A stretch of DNA of 63,954 nucleotides, the filler included, from Octopus bimaculoides (Eukaryota): the NCBI RefSeq assembly GCF_001194135.2. It is 5 parts of 5 records of this genome, joined end to end, with 100 filler letters (N's around TTAATTAATTAA, not from the genome) between each part and the next. Parts side by side here need not be neighbours in the genome. Positions count along the whole stretch, not along the records: positions 1 to 28,040 come from NC_068987.1; positions 28,141 to 59,448 come from NC_068996.1; 3 more parts are not named here. One strand, written 5' to 3'. Of the stretch, positions 24,601-34,220 are shown one piece after another; the stretch's first letter is position 1; each line of letters opens with the position of its first letter. Position numbers and translations under genes: made by a program. Under the pieces are notes generated by a model, which did no database searches, was not told where the DNA came from, and was given only the letters and a program-made list of their open reading frames with translations.

Positions 24601-25037
24601 TTCTGCAGCTTCATGCGTTTCCTGTTACCAACCCTCATGTGGTTTCCTATGACCAGATATACTTTTTATGGAAAACTAGAAACAAAAATATCACTAGTAT
24701 GCTAGTGATGATCATTTATAATCATCACACAATGCCAAGACAAGGGTATACACAACCACATAGAAACATATGTATACATTTATAATGGGCTACTTTGTTT
24801 CGATCAATCAAATCAACTCACAATTCTTTTGGTTGGCCTGGGGCTATAACAGAAAACACTTACGCAAGATACCATGCAGTAGGACTGAATCCAAAACCAC
24901 ACAGCCATGCTTACAAAAAGAGAAACACTTACCTCTTGATATTCTGTCACACAGTAAATAGACTTCTTCATTTCCAGTGCAGTAACCACTATATTTGTCC
25001 ATCCGAATGATTTTTAAATTAGCTGCATGAAGTGATT
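3273..25037 (-). CDS. NFKB1: Class I NF-kB (p105/p100/Relish-like), partial multi-exon CDS: join(25037-24933, 20782-20691, 15294-15156, 9485-9348, 5060-4878, 3417-3273). N-terminal RHD exons are not visible; ankyrin exons lie beyond the left edge.
   Basis: Six AG/GT-bounded exons join in compatible phases (1,1,0,1,1,1->2) into one open frame: [75 protein letters not shown]...FTYYP (IPT/RHD-C), then IKRSK (NLS-like), an acidic linker, and QALRSFVKTGNSEELLFHHRESMSIPDDNGN, which resembles the p105 pre-ankyrin segment [30 protein letters not shown]. The symbol indicates family level; orthology was not tested. Confidence 0.92.
4878..5060 (-). CDS. NFKB1: NF-kB acidic linker exon (DAERSGQQ...ERDETDAAGFESDSDSNYTN)
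   Basis: Acceptor tttcag| and donor |gtaata; 183 nt, phase 1->1; open frame that fits both neighbouring exons. Confidence 0.78.
6165..6627 (-). mobile_element. RTE-clade LINE 3' fragment
   Basis: KIRIFNTNVKAVLL...RSILKIRWPENISNMELWQRTNQ...KWKWIG...ALQWNPDGYRKRGRPKNSWRR. Confidence 0.88.
7140..7512 (-). mobile_element. tRNA-derived SINE (family with central (TA/CA)n)
   Basis: Same family at about 12470-12790(+), 21225-21550(-), 30390-30777(-), 35580-35950(-), 38150-38545(-), 44415-44690(-) and 45500-45870(-). tRNA-like head with B-box-like GGTTCAGTCC. Confidence 0.8.
7930..9340. repeat. Long degenerate minisatellite (about 21-23-bp unit, approx. AGTGAACTATAGTGTAACAGAG)
   Basis: Dozens of recurring GTAACAG/GTGAACTA/TATAAC words; interrupted by a SINE remnant at about 8250-8480. 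Confidence 0.7.
9348..9485 (-). CDS. NFKB1: NF-kB exon with NLS-like IKRSK and start of acidic linker
   Basis: Acceptor tttcag| and donor |gtcagt; 138 nt, phase 1->1; DNELNIKRSKTLVK...SSSDDDNSEE. Confidence 0.82.
10060..10550. mobile_element. Two opposed RTE-type LINE fragments
   Basis: Minus strand: GWKRPHERLLTRWLDMIKEDL (3' end). Plus strand: TIIVAYAPTDVSEKTIKDDNYKQLQLVLGQIPPHNIMI (APE endonuclease). Confidence 0.65.
10700..10818. repeat. 18-bp purine tandem repeat (GAGAGCGAAAGAGAAAGA)n
   Basis: About six direct copies; the source of the spurious AKEKER / SLSLSL ORFs. Confidence 0.9.
12922..14155 (-). mobile_element. TIR-bounded degenerate mariner (Hsmar1/SETMAR-like), about 1.23 kb
   Basis: Imperfect TIRs TTAAGTCATCAAGTATGAAATTCGTAGAAA / revcomp TTAGGTCTTTGAGTATGAAATTTGTAGAAA with TA flanks. 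Transposase fragments YEFFLGNTASQTARNIN, CGEKWIQYNN, LQDNARPH. Confidence 0.92.
14842..15057. mobile_element. piggyBac-like MITE (TTAA-CCC...TTAA)
   Basis: TTAA|CCCTTTGAAC ... GTTCAAAGAG|TTAA (9/10 TIR match). Confidence 0.6.
15156..15294 (-). CDS. NFKB1: NF-kB exon ([46 protein letters not shown])
   Basis: Acceptor ttctag| and donor |gtaaag; 139 nt, phase 0->1; hallmark AIVFKTPPY...FTYxP end of the RHD. Confidence 0.95.
15627..15777 (+). mobile_element. R4/Dong-like non-LTR retrotransposon 3' end within (AAT)n
   Basis: ALLGTAHILRKTLSIQ* plus 3' UTR; (AAT)n on both sides. Confidence 0.7.
15790..16615 (-). mobile_element. Head-to-tail array of four core-domain tRNA-SINEs (Meta-domain-like)
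   Basis: Repeated core GACCCC-AAAGGATGAAAGGCAAAGTCAACCTC-GGAATTTGAACTCAGAA separated by AAT tails. Same family at about 5750-5945, 21640-21940, 27620-27830, 43010-43455, 54270-54720(+), 55060-55760 and 56625-56833. Confidence 0.8.
19440..20200 (-). mobile_element. Highly degraded Penelope-like element fragment (GIY-YIG region)
   Basis: Broken-frame peptides such as TFKIMTCPSKHITILSKYV, resembling the PLE endonuclease SF...T.LSKYVW motif. Confidence 0.4.
20691..20782 (-). CDS. NFKB1: NF-kB exon ([31 protein letters not shown])
   Basis: Acceptor taatag| and donor |gtaagc; 92 nt, phase 1->0; matches Rel DDIxVRF...WEAxGDFxPTDVHKQ. Confidence 0.93.
22934..24597 (+). mobile_element. Truncated Gypsy-type LTR retrotransposon (LTR-gag-protease-start of RT region), antisense in NF-kB intron
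   Basis: 295-bp LTR 22934-23228 with perfect 12-bp terminal IR TGTTATGGGCTG/CAGCCCATAACA. Gag 23251-24026 with two CCHC knuckles (CFWCQGPHMMRDC, CYWCRETGHIASEC). Aspartic protease ALVDTGCTTTL. Interrupted by stops and a frameshift. Confidence 0.92.
24933..25037 (-). CDS. NFKB1: NF-kB exon, start of IPT domain ((K)[34 protein letters not shown](D))
   Basis: Acceptor tttaag| and donor |gtaagt; 105 nt, phase 1->1; matches the Rel motif LKIxRMDxxSG...EEVxLLCDKVxKDD. Confidence 0.93.
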
Positions 25038-25081
25038 CTTAAAGATAAAAGAAGAAAAATACCTTCACTTAATATACAATC

Positions 25082-25113
<32 letters not shown>

Positions 25114-25438
25114 NNNNNNNNNNNNNNNNNNNNNNNNNNNNNNNNNNNNNNNNNNNNNNNNNNNNNNNNNNNNNNNNNNNNNNNNNNNNNNNNNNNNNNN
25201 NNNNNNNNNNNNNNNNNNNNNNNNNNNNNNNNNNNNNNNNNNNNNNNNNNNNNNNNNNNNNNNNNNNNNNNNNNNNNNNNNNNNNNNNNNNNNNNNNNNN
25301 NNNNNNNNNNNNNNNNNNNNNNNNNNNNNNNNNNNNNNNNNNNNNNNNNNNNNNNNNNNNNNNNNNNNNNNNNNNNNNNNGATAGATAGATATATGATTA
25401 CACATTTGTCTATGTGTGCAAAGGCACTTACATATATA

Positions 25439-26681
25439 TCAGATTGAGTAAAAAATAAGTAATGTTTTGAACCATGAAGAATTTGTACTGGATTTTTGCA
25501 GTTCTGAATTTTTTTTGAACGTTTTTTTGCAATTATCTGATAATACAGACATAGACTTGCCTAAATGCATCAATAAATTAACATTGATATTTTTTTCACC
25601 ATTGCTACAATCATCTGAAATGGAACTGTCAAAGCATGATATTCAAGTAATTTTGCTATTCAACTTCAAAAAAGGACGTGAAGCAGCAGAAACTGTTCAC
25701 GATATCAACAAAATGTTTGATGAAGAAATTACCAGTGAGTGGTCAGCTCGAAAATGGTTTAAACAATTTCACATTGGAGTCCTGAGCCTTGAAGATCATA
25801 AACGTAGTGGACGCCCATCTGTCATTGATGACGGTCAATTGAAGACCATCATTGAGAAAGATCCATGTAAAACCACTTGAGAACTGACAAAAGAACTTCA
25901 AGTTAGTCAGAAAACTGCCATCAATCATTTGCACGCAATCAGAAAATCAAAAAAGCTCGACAGATGGGTACCACACGATTTGAATGAAAATCAGAAAATG
26001 TGCAGATATCAAATTTGCTCATCACTTCTTTTCCATAACTAGACTGATCCATTTCTCAACTGTATTGTAACTTGCAATGAAAAGTAGATTCAGTACAACA
26101 ATAAATGTTCTTCACAGTGGTTGAACCAAAATGAAGCACCGAAAACCTTCCCTAAACCCAAGCTCTTCAAAAAGAAGGTTATGGTGACTATTTGGTGGTG
26201 TACTGCTGGACTCATCTACTATAACTTCTTAAAACCTAGAAAAACCATTACTGCAGAAACATGTTGCCATGAAGTTGCAAAAATGAACAAAAAACTGCTA
26301 CTCCTCTGTCCCAAACTGGTCAACAGAAGAGGGCCGATCATTCTTCATGACAATACTCGACCACACGTTTCACTAACGACACTCCAGAAGTTGAGGGAAT
26401 TTGGCTATGAAGTTCTTCCCCACCCAGCTTATTCCCCAGACCTTTCTCCTACTGACTACCAGTTTTTCAAGCACTTTCATGGTTTCCAGCAAGAGAAGGA
26501 GTTCTGAAATCAAACCAATGCTGGTTTATTTTTATGTTGCCAGAATAAACAAACTTGTAACTCGGTAAAAATATGTTGACTGTAATGGTACTTACTTTAA
26601 TGAATAAAATTTCCACATTGTTGAAATGTATTGTGATGAATTTCATGTCTCAAAATGTTGCTTACTTTTTACTCAGCCTGA
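25439..26681 (+). mobile_element. Full-length degenerate mariner (Hsmar1/SETMAR-like), 1243 bp
   Basis: Imperfect TIRs TCAGATTGAGTAAAAAATAAG / revcomp TCAGGCTGAGTAAAAAGTAAG with TA flanks. Transposase from ATG 25620 with WVPHDL, HDNTRPH and YSPDLSPTD motifs and several in-frame stops. Confidence 0.94.
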
Positions 26682-28040
26682 TATATATATATTGACTTAG
26701 AGCAAATATGAAAATTACATATGGTTTTGCATCCATGAAGCACTTAGCTTCAAAGCACAATGGCTGCAGGCATATAGCCTCTTCAAACTGGAGGTAGAAA
26801 ACCATCATGGTCAGTTAATTTGTAAACAAAAGAATATTCTGTATTGTCTGAGCCTAAACAGGACTCTTAACCTAAAACAGGGTGGGTTATCGTCCAAGGA
26901 TCCTTAAAAACTTGCATGACCAGGGGATGCTCTTAAACTCCAGAAATGAGATTTATAGTCCCTGTTTGCATTTTAGACACTACCTGTTGCATGAGTGGGA
27001 TTCATCAAATATTTGCAGACCAGAACTAATCTAAGGGCAGAGGTTCCCCATACAACAATTAGGACCATAACTTGGAAAGGTTCCTAAACTTGGAAAATGG
27101 GTGCCTCATGAAAGAACCAAGGCTCATGAACTCATCGATGAAAATCCACTGTCACATATAGAAAAATTAATAAGTAAAAGCACAATAAATAAGTATAATA
27201 TAATACAGAGTAAATATCATAAGATAATGATAATAAAACGACTACACGTGTTTCATAACCAATTTTCAAATAGAAAGAATATTTAAATCGATTAAAACTA
27301 TCGAAAATCAATTCTATTCAAAAATATAGCTAATCTTCAGGTCAAAATACAACAATAATAATAATAAAAGAATGTATATATCAACCAGCAATAAATAACA
27401 AATGAATGTATATAAAATACTTATTATATTAAGATAGAAAAATATTATTAAAAATATCAATATTATAAACGTTTTAAACTGCAGCAGTTTTAAACTGTAG
27501 CGTCAAGTATTGTTTTTACCTTTGTTAAATGACTTTATATCATTGTTTGAAAAAAATATGTATTTTTATATTATTCAATTGATTTTTAATGTCTGTGTGT
27601 AACTTTAATAAATCTTTTCTACTAGAAGCACAAGACCTCAAATTTTGGGGGAAGAGATTAAGTCAATTACACTGACTCCAGTACATAACTGGTACTAATT
27701 TTATTGACCCTGAAAGGGTGAAAGCAAAGTCGACCTTGGTGGAATTTGAACTCAAAACCTCATGGCAGATGAAACACCGCTAAGCATTTCGCCCAGCATG
27801 CTAACAATTCTGCCAGCTTGCCACCTTAATATAATACAATAATATAATATAATATAATAAATGTGAATATCAGTGGGTCATACTTTTTCAACTTTACTCC
27901 TAGAGGCTGTAACCCAACATCATACCATTTTGGAATCAGGCTTACTCTATGAGTAAATTAAAAACATTCTGGGCCACGGGCTGAATCCGGACCTGCAATC
28001 TTGAAATTTTGGATTCCTATGTTTTCATTACTATGCTTGT

Positions 28041-28140
28041 NNNNNNNNNNNNNNNNNNNNNNNNNNNNNNNNNNNNNNNNNNNNTTAATTAATTAANNNN
28101 NNNNNNNNNNNNNNNNNNNNNNNNNNNNNNNNNNNNNNNN
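28041..28140. other. 100-bp scaffolding gap with TTAATTAATTAA spacer (also 59449-59548, 60649-60748, 62229-62328)
   Basis: Identical 44N-TTAATTAATTAA-44N layout at four places, so an assembly join of unknown true size. Other N gaps at 1653-2044, 25114-25380, 33893-34181, 41610-41685, 49335-49876 and 54260-54268. Confidence 0.95.
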
Positions 28141-28780
28141 GTGTGTGTGTGTGTGTGCACCAAAGGAAGTTATTTTACGACATTCTTTCGTTTGAAGCAG
28201 CAAAATTGTCAAGTCGATCATATGATTGTTCTTGATTTCCATAAAATTTTTTATTTCTTTATGCGTTGAATAGAAATTGAAAGAGAGGAGAAAGTGAAAA
28301 GGTGACATTGGCTTTGAAGTGAGAACAGAAAGTGAAAGATGTATGTATGTGTATATGAAATAGATGTGTGCATGAGTGAGGCAGAGAGAGTGAGTAAAGG
28401 TGTGTGTTGTCATGTATGTGTAAGTGGCACTCACTCACTTGCTCTTTCTCTCACGCACACACATTATCTTTCATATACATGTATATAAATACAACCTTTT
28501 TGTATGTATGTTTGCATGTGAGAGAGAGAGAGAGTGACTGTATTTCCTCATAACATATAGAGAAATGGATGTCTTTTAATGCAATTTTTTTGGTTGCAGC
28601 TTGTAAATTTTCATAACTGTTTGTCTGAGTAGAATTCTATGCATGCATGAAATATCAGATGAAAGTGAAACATTAGAAGCAAATCAAAATACTGCCCAAA
28701 AATGACCTCAAAATTGTGTGACCTGACCTCGTTTCTGAGGTTATTTTAGTAGTAAAAAAAGCATAGTTTATTTGGTAGCC

Positions 28781-28821
<41 letters not shown>

Positions 28822-29128
28822 GATAAGCAGCTTTCTTTATCATAGTACAGATGTGACTTAATTTGGAGAAACATTACTTTCATTATTCACACATTGTCAC
28901 TCTCATAATGCAACACTGTAATTTTGGTTCAGATTGAAAGTGTGAAACTATTTTCCCTTTCTAATGAAATTTGGTCATTGTAGAGTAGTGTCTTTCAAAT
29001 AACTATAGCTGATTGTTGAGATAACGTAGAAAATATGTAAATGAAAATATTTGGTAGCTGAAAGATTAGTGAATCTTTTGGTACCTCATATGTCAAAATC
29101 GGCAACTCAGTTTTTGATTGCATAAGGA

Positions 29129-29159
<31 letters not shown>

Positions 29160-29278
29160 AATTCTATTTTATGTATGTATATATAACATTTATACAATTC
29201 AAATTTTTTTTGTATTCATGTGGTAAGCAAGTTAAAATGCAGAAAAGAGGTAAAAATAAAATAAGATCAAATACTCAC

Positions 29279-29412
29279 GTTGAGAATCTATTAAAAGTTT
29301 AACACTTCTGCTAAGATCTTTTGCTTCTGTTGCCAAATTTTTAAGAGATGTGAACTTATTCTTTATTTTAACTGAAGAACTCTTGGAACTTTGTTCTTGA
29401 TGTCCTGCCAGT
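29279..29412 (-). CDS. STXBP4: STXBP4 exon preceding the expected WW domain (LAGHQ...LATEAKDLSRSVKLLIDSQ)
   Basis: Acceptor tattag| and donor |gtgagt; 134 nt, phase 2->1; resembles LALESKELVKSVRALLDMD. Confidence 0.88.
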
Positions 29413-30566
29413 CTAATAAGAGAAGAACAGTAAAATAAAAAGAAAAAGAAAAAGGAAACTTAAAAACTGTAAAATTCTGTATTATAACCTAATAATTTTC
29501 TAAATGGAATAAAAAAAAGCATAATTAAAAAAAAAACTTTTTAAAAATAATATTTGACAAAACCTAGCTTCAATTAATCAAATAAACAAACATGATGAGA
29601 ACAGAGGCACCTGGTGTTGGGTGAAGAAATAATTATATTTATTATTTAACATCTATAAAAGTGAGGTAGTTCTTTATAAGTCATTCATTTTCGATATGAA
29701 GTTCATGAGAAAGGCATGAACATTACACACTCATTAAAGCTCATCTAATAATTAAATGTTTCAAGTATCATCATCATCACCCTTGTTTTACTGAGTAAAA
29801 CCATGGCCATCCTTGCATACAGACACGTCCCCTGCATCCCTTTTCAGCCGAGTGATCCTAATCTTGTGGGCTCATGGGTCCTGGTACCAAATAAAAGACA
29901 CCCAGTTCATTCTATGGAGTGTTTGGCATTAGGAAGGGCATTCAGCCACATAAAACATGCCGAAAAAGACATGGAGCCTGGGCTGCTCTTCAACTGGCCA
30001 GCTCCTTTCAAACTGTCTAACCCATGCCAGAATGGAAAATGGACATTAAATGACGGTAATGATGATGGTTTACATTCTCGTATGCATTAGATGGGTTGTT
30101 GCTCATCACCTAGATGGGCTGTCAAAGGACCACATCTCATTCATAAATGAATAACTTTAATGTCTGACTTGGTTTTGGTTTGTAAGGTTAAATGCCCTTC
30201 CTAAGATCAACTGCCTTACAGAGTGTAATGGGTGCATTGCTTTTTTGTAGTACCAACACAAAGGAGGTTGTCATGTCTTCAACGTGATTAAGTGGTCCTC
30301 AAAAACACAACACCCTTTCTACATAAGACATCAATGTACATAAACTATGTTTGTAGCAGTAACTTTATTTTCTTTTATTTCTTTTGTTTTAGTCATTTGA
30401 CAGTGGCCATGCTGGAGTACCGCTTTTAGTCGAGCAAATTGAGCTCAAGACATTCTTTGTAAGGCTAGTACTTATTCTATCAGTCTCTTTTGCTGGACCA
30501 CTAAGTTACAGGGATGTAAACACACCAGCATCAGTTGTCAGGCGATGTTGGTGGGGACAAACACAG

Positions 30567-30614
<48 letters not shown>

Positions 30615-33600
30615 GACAGGATTCTTTCAGTTTCTATCTACCAAATCTACTCACAAGGCTTTTGTCGGCCCGAGGCTATAGTAGAAGACATTTGCCCAAG
30701 GTGCCATGCAGTGAGACTGAACCCAGAACCATGTGGTTGGTAAGCAAGCTACTTACCACACAGCCACTCCTGTGCCTCATTAACTTTTTTTTCAAATGTA
30801 GTTCCAGCAATTTCTTGCTCAACAACCTGCACAGTTGGTTGTTTCAGTGATCAAATTTTTGTGCTGTGCATAAGCTCACTCCCTTTGTCAAATCAACATT
30901 GCCTGTACAGGTGTACAGGTGTGCCACACATCAGATGTCAAAGTGATTGCAGGGCAATGTAATATGAAGTGTCTTGCTCAAGACTGCCAAGACACTGCCC
31001 AGTCCAGGAATCAAACTCACAATCTGACACTTCCGAAAAGAGAAAAGCCATTGGAAAACCGATTATAGCAGCGACTCCATCTAAGAATATCTGAAGAAGG
31101 AATTGTATTCCGAAATATCATCAGACTATAGATAACTAAATTACAACAGGTATATAGTCCATTTTTTGTATTATAGTGCATTAGTCTTTACACACATTGA
31201 TGTCACAACAGAAAATAGTGGATGGAAACACCACCAAAAGCAGTTCCAGTTACCATGTCTGATGAATTAATAAATTTCCCACAACCAATACTCTACCATC
31301 TTAAAAATGAAAACAGACTAATTAGTCAAAGCAGTTAGAAAAAAAAAAGGAAAGAAAATACAGGATGATCACAACTGGAAGGTTTTTGATCACATGATGT
31401 CTGCTTTAATGAAGGTACAGCCGTTTCTAAAATCAATAATAATAATGGCTGACTTACTTTACTGCTGAGTTTCCTTCCAAAACTTCTTGGATATGCTGCA
31501 AATACAGAAAGATTCCATAGAAAAAAATGAAATTGTACACATACGTACATATGTATACACACACACACACACATTATTATTTGTGTAAATCAAAGAACGT
31601 TCTTTTGTTCAACAGACATCAAGTCTACATTTTCAAGGAAATTATCGAGCTCTAAGCACACCATTTTTTGCTGGAAGTAATTTACATATTATATACCTTA
31701 TTGCAAGGTATAATGTCAGATTTTCAGTTTTGGACATCAGTCATAAAGCAACTTACCAATGGACAACCCAAATTTATCTTTCACTCGTTTTAATCATCTT
31801 GAAGCGTTTAGTCAAACAAATCAACCCCCAGTACTTATTCTATTGGTAACTTTCATCAAACCGTTAAGCTATGGAGGATGCAAACAAACCAACACTCAAG
31901 AGGTAGACAAATAGATAAACATCAAGATATGCACACATACATGGTAGATTTTCAGTTTCCAACTACCATATTCACTCACAACGCCTTGGTTGGCTAGGGG
32001 TAAGGTGGTATTTGACGCATTTCACAGTGAGGGTAATTAACCCTTTTTCATACAGCAATGGAAGCACAGAATGAGGATTCTACACAGTTCTTCACCTCCT
32101 CATCTTAACATTTTTCTGAAGCTTTGTCTTCTTTCATCAATTTGAAGGTATTTTCCTAAACAGATGGTACTTCTTCCAGTATTTGCAGTAGTGGAGAGGA
32201 TTGAGCTTCATTGGGGATTTAAAAAGGTTACTTTAGAAGGTTCTGCATGTCTCTTCTATCTCCCCTTGTGAGCCCATGCTTATTCTTAAGTATTGCCACC
32301 TCTGGTGTATAGGATGCCAGCTGTCTCATCTTTTTAAACTTTTCTTTTCCTCTGCAGCCTGCATCAGCTTCTCAAAAGTCTTTTCCTAGTTGCTGTTAGA
32401 TTGCTTTGCAGAGAATAGAAATGAGGTAATCTTTCATTTTTCTATAGCATTTTCTTTGTCACTTGAGATTCTTCCATTTGGTTTCTGCTGGTTTACAGTT
32501 CTTGCCTTCCCAAATGCAGCTTTTAATTTTTTGAACCAGTGAATTGTAGTCCTCATAAAGCTCTTCAAGTTCACTCCAAACTCCCCTTTTCATAGAATCC
32601 TGAAACCACATCACATTGGAGGCCTTGATAAGTGAACTTTGCACATCATCGAAGTGTGCAAAGTTTTCTCTCTGATTTCATTAACCATAATTATCACTCA
32701 TAGCAAGTGATGATCACTGCCTGTATTGAACAGGGCTATTACCAAGAAGTCCTACAGTATGTGTCATTTGTCAAAGAGGATGTAGTCAACATTTTTGTAC
32801 TGAATATTTGTGGTTATCTAGAATTATCTCCTTCCAGAATGCTTCCTGGATAAGTTGTTCCCAATGTAAAGTCTTCTGGCCTTTGCTATGGTTAACCAAA
32901 CATTTTCCTTTATTGTTTCTCTCTCCTGATCCAAACTTACCAACATATTTCTTTACCAGTCGTCCTTTCGTAATCTTTATGTTGAAATCTCTCATCCCTA
33001 TGGTGTAAGTGGATTTGTACACTAGCGCTTTCTCTAGCTTTTGATAGAATTCTTCTACTTCATTTCTTTGTTAGCATTTATGGAAGCGTAGGTCTGGATG
33101 GTTTTCAGGGTGGCATTTTCTGAGAGAAAAGTAAAGTAAAGCTTTCTTTCTTAAATCATGCCAATTCTTAAGGGCTGCTTTCCAAGTTTCATGTCATATA
33201 TTCTCCACCTGGATGGGATGCCAGTCCTTCGCAGGATTACTCACTTTCGCCAGCTGAGTGGACTGGAGCAACATGAAATGAAGTGCTTTGCTCAAGAACA
33301 CAGCACACTGCCTGGTCCAGGAATTGAAACCACAATCTTACAATCATGAGATCAACACCCTAACCACTAAGCTACATGACTCCAATTTCTTGAGAAGAAT
33401 GTCTAGCATTCTGATGTGTGAAGAAGACAATTTGCATTTTCGAAGCCCTTTTCTTGCTTATGATTGATCTGTTGCTTCCTGCACTTTCTACTTTTGTATG
33501 TGTAAGTGTGCATGTCTGAGTTTGTCACTCTCTCTGCTACTCAGTGTTGATTTGTTTGCCAGTTGGCACCCCAGTATAGCCATAGCCCAATGATTGAAAC

Positions 33601-34181
33601 AAGAAAAAAGATTGAAAAGAAAAAAAAAAAATGGGGAAACAGAAAGAGTCCAAATTAAAGTAAGATTCCCTTTTGTGTCCGGTGCATTTTCCACATTCAG
33701 ATTTTTTAAAAATTTTATTTTGTTAAGATTTATAAAATAGAGTAATTTGCAAATACTAGTCATATCCTCAAAGAAGAAAAAGAACATTACCTCTATGAAT
33801 TTCAATAATTTTTCAATAGCTACTTCATATGTTTTCTTACAAGATTCCATCTTTCTTAGTTGACATGCAGCGACTGCAAGCTGTCGATGTATNNNNNNNN
33901 NNNNNNNNNNNNNNNNNNNNNNNNNNNNNNNNNNNNNNNNNNNNNNNNNNNNNNNNNNNNNNNNNNNNNNNNNNNNNNNNNNNNNNNNNNNNNNNNNNNN
34001 NNNNNNNNNNNNNNNNNNNNNNNNNNNNNNNNNNNNNNNNNNNNNNNNNNNNNNNNNNNNNNNNNNNNNNNNNNNNNNNNNNNNNNNNNNNNNNNNNNNN
34101 NNNNNNNNNNNNNNNNNNNNNNNNNNNNNNNNNNNNNNNNNNNNNNNNNNNNNNNNNNNNNNNNNNNNNNNNNNNNNNNNN

Positions 34182-34220
<39 letters not shown>

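Noticed and set aside
28085-28096. TTAATTAATTAA palindrome recurring four times inside N runs
   Set aside because: Identical placement in 100-bp gaps; a six-frame-stop scaffolding spacer, not biological.
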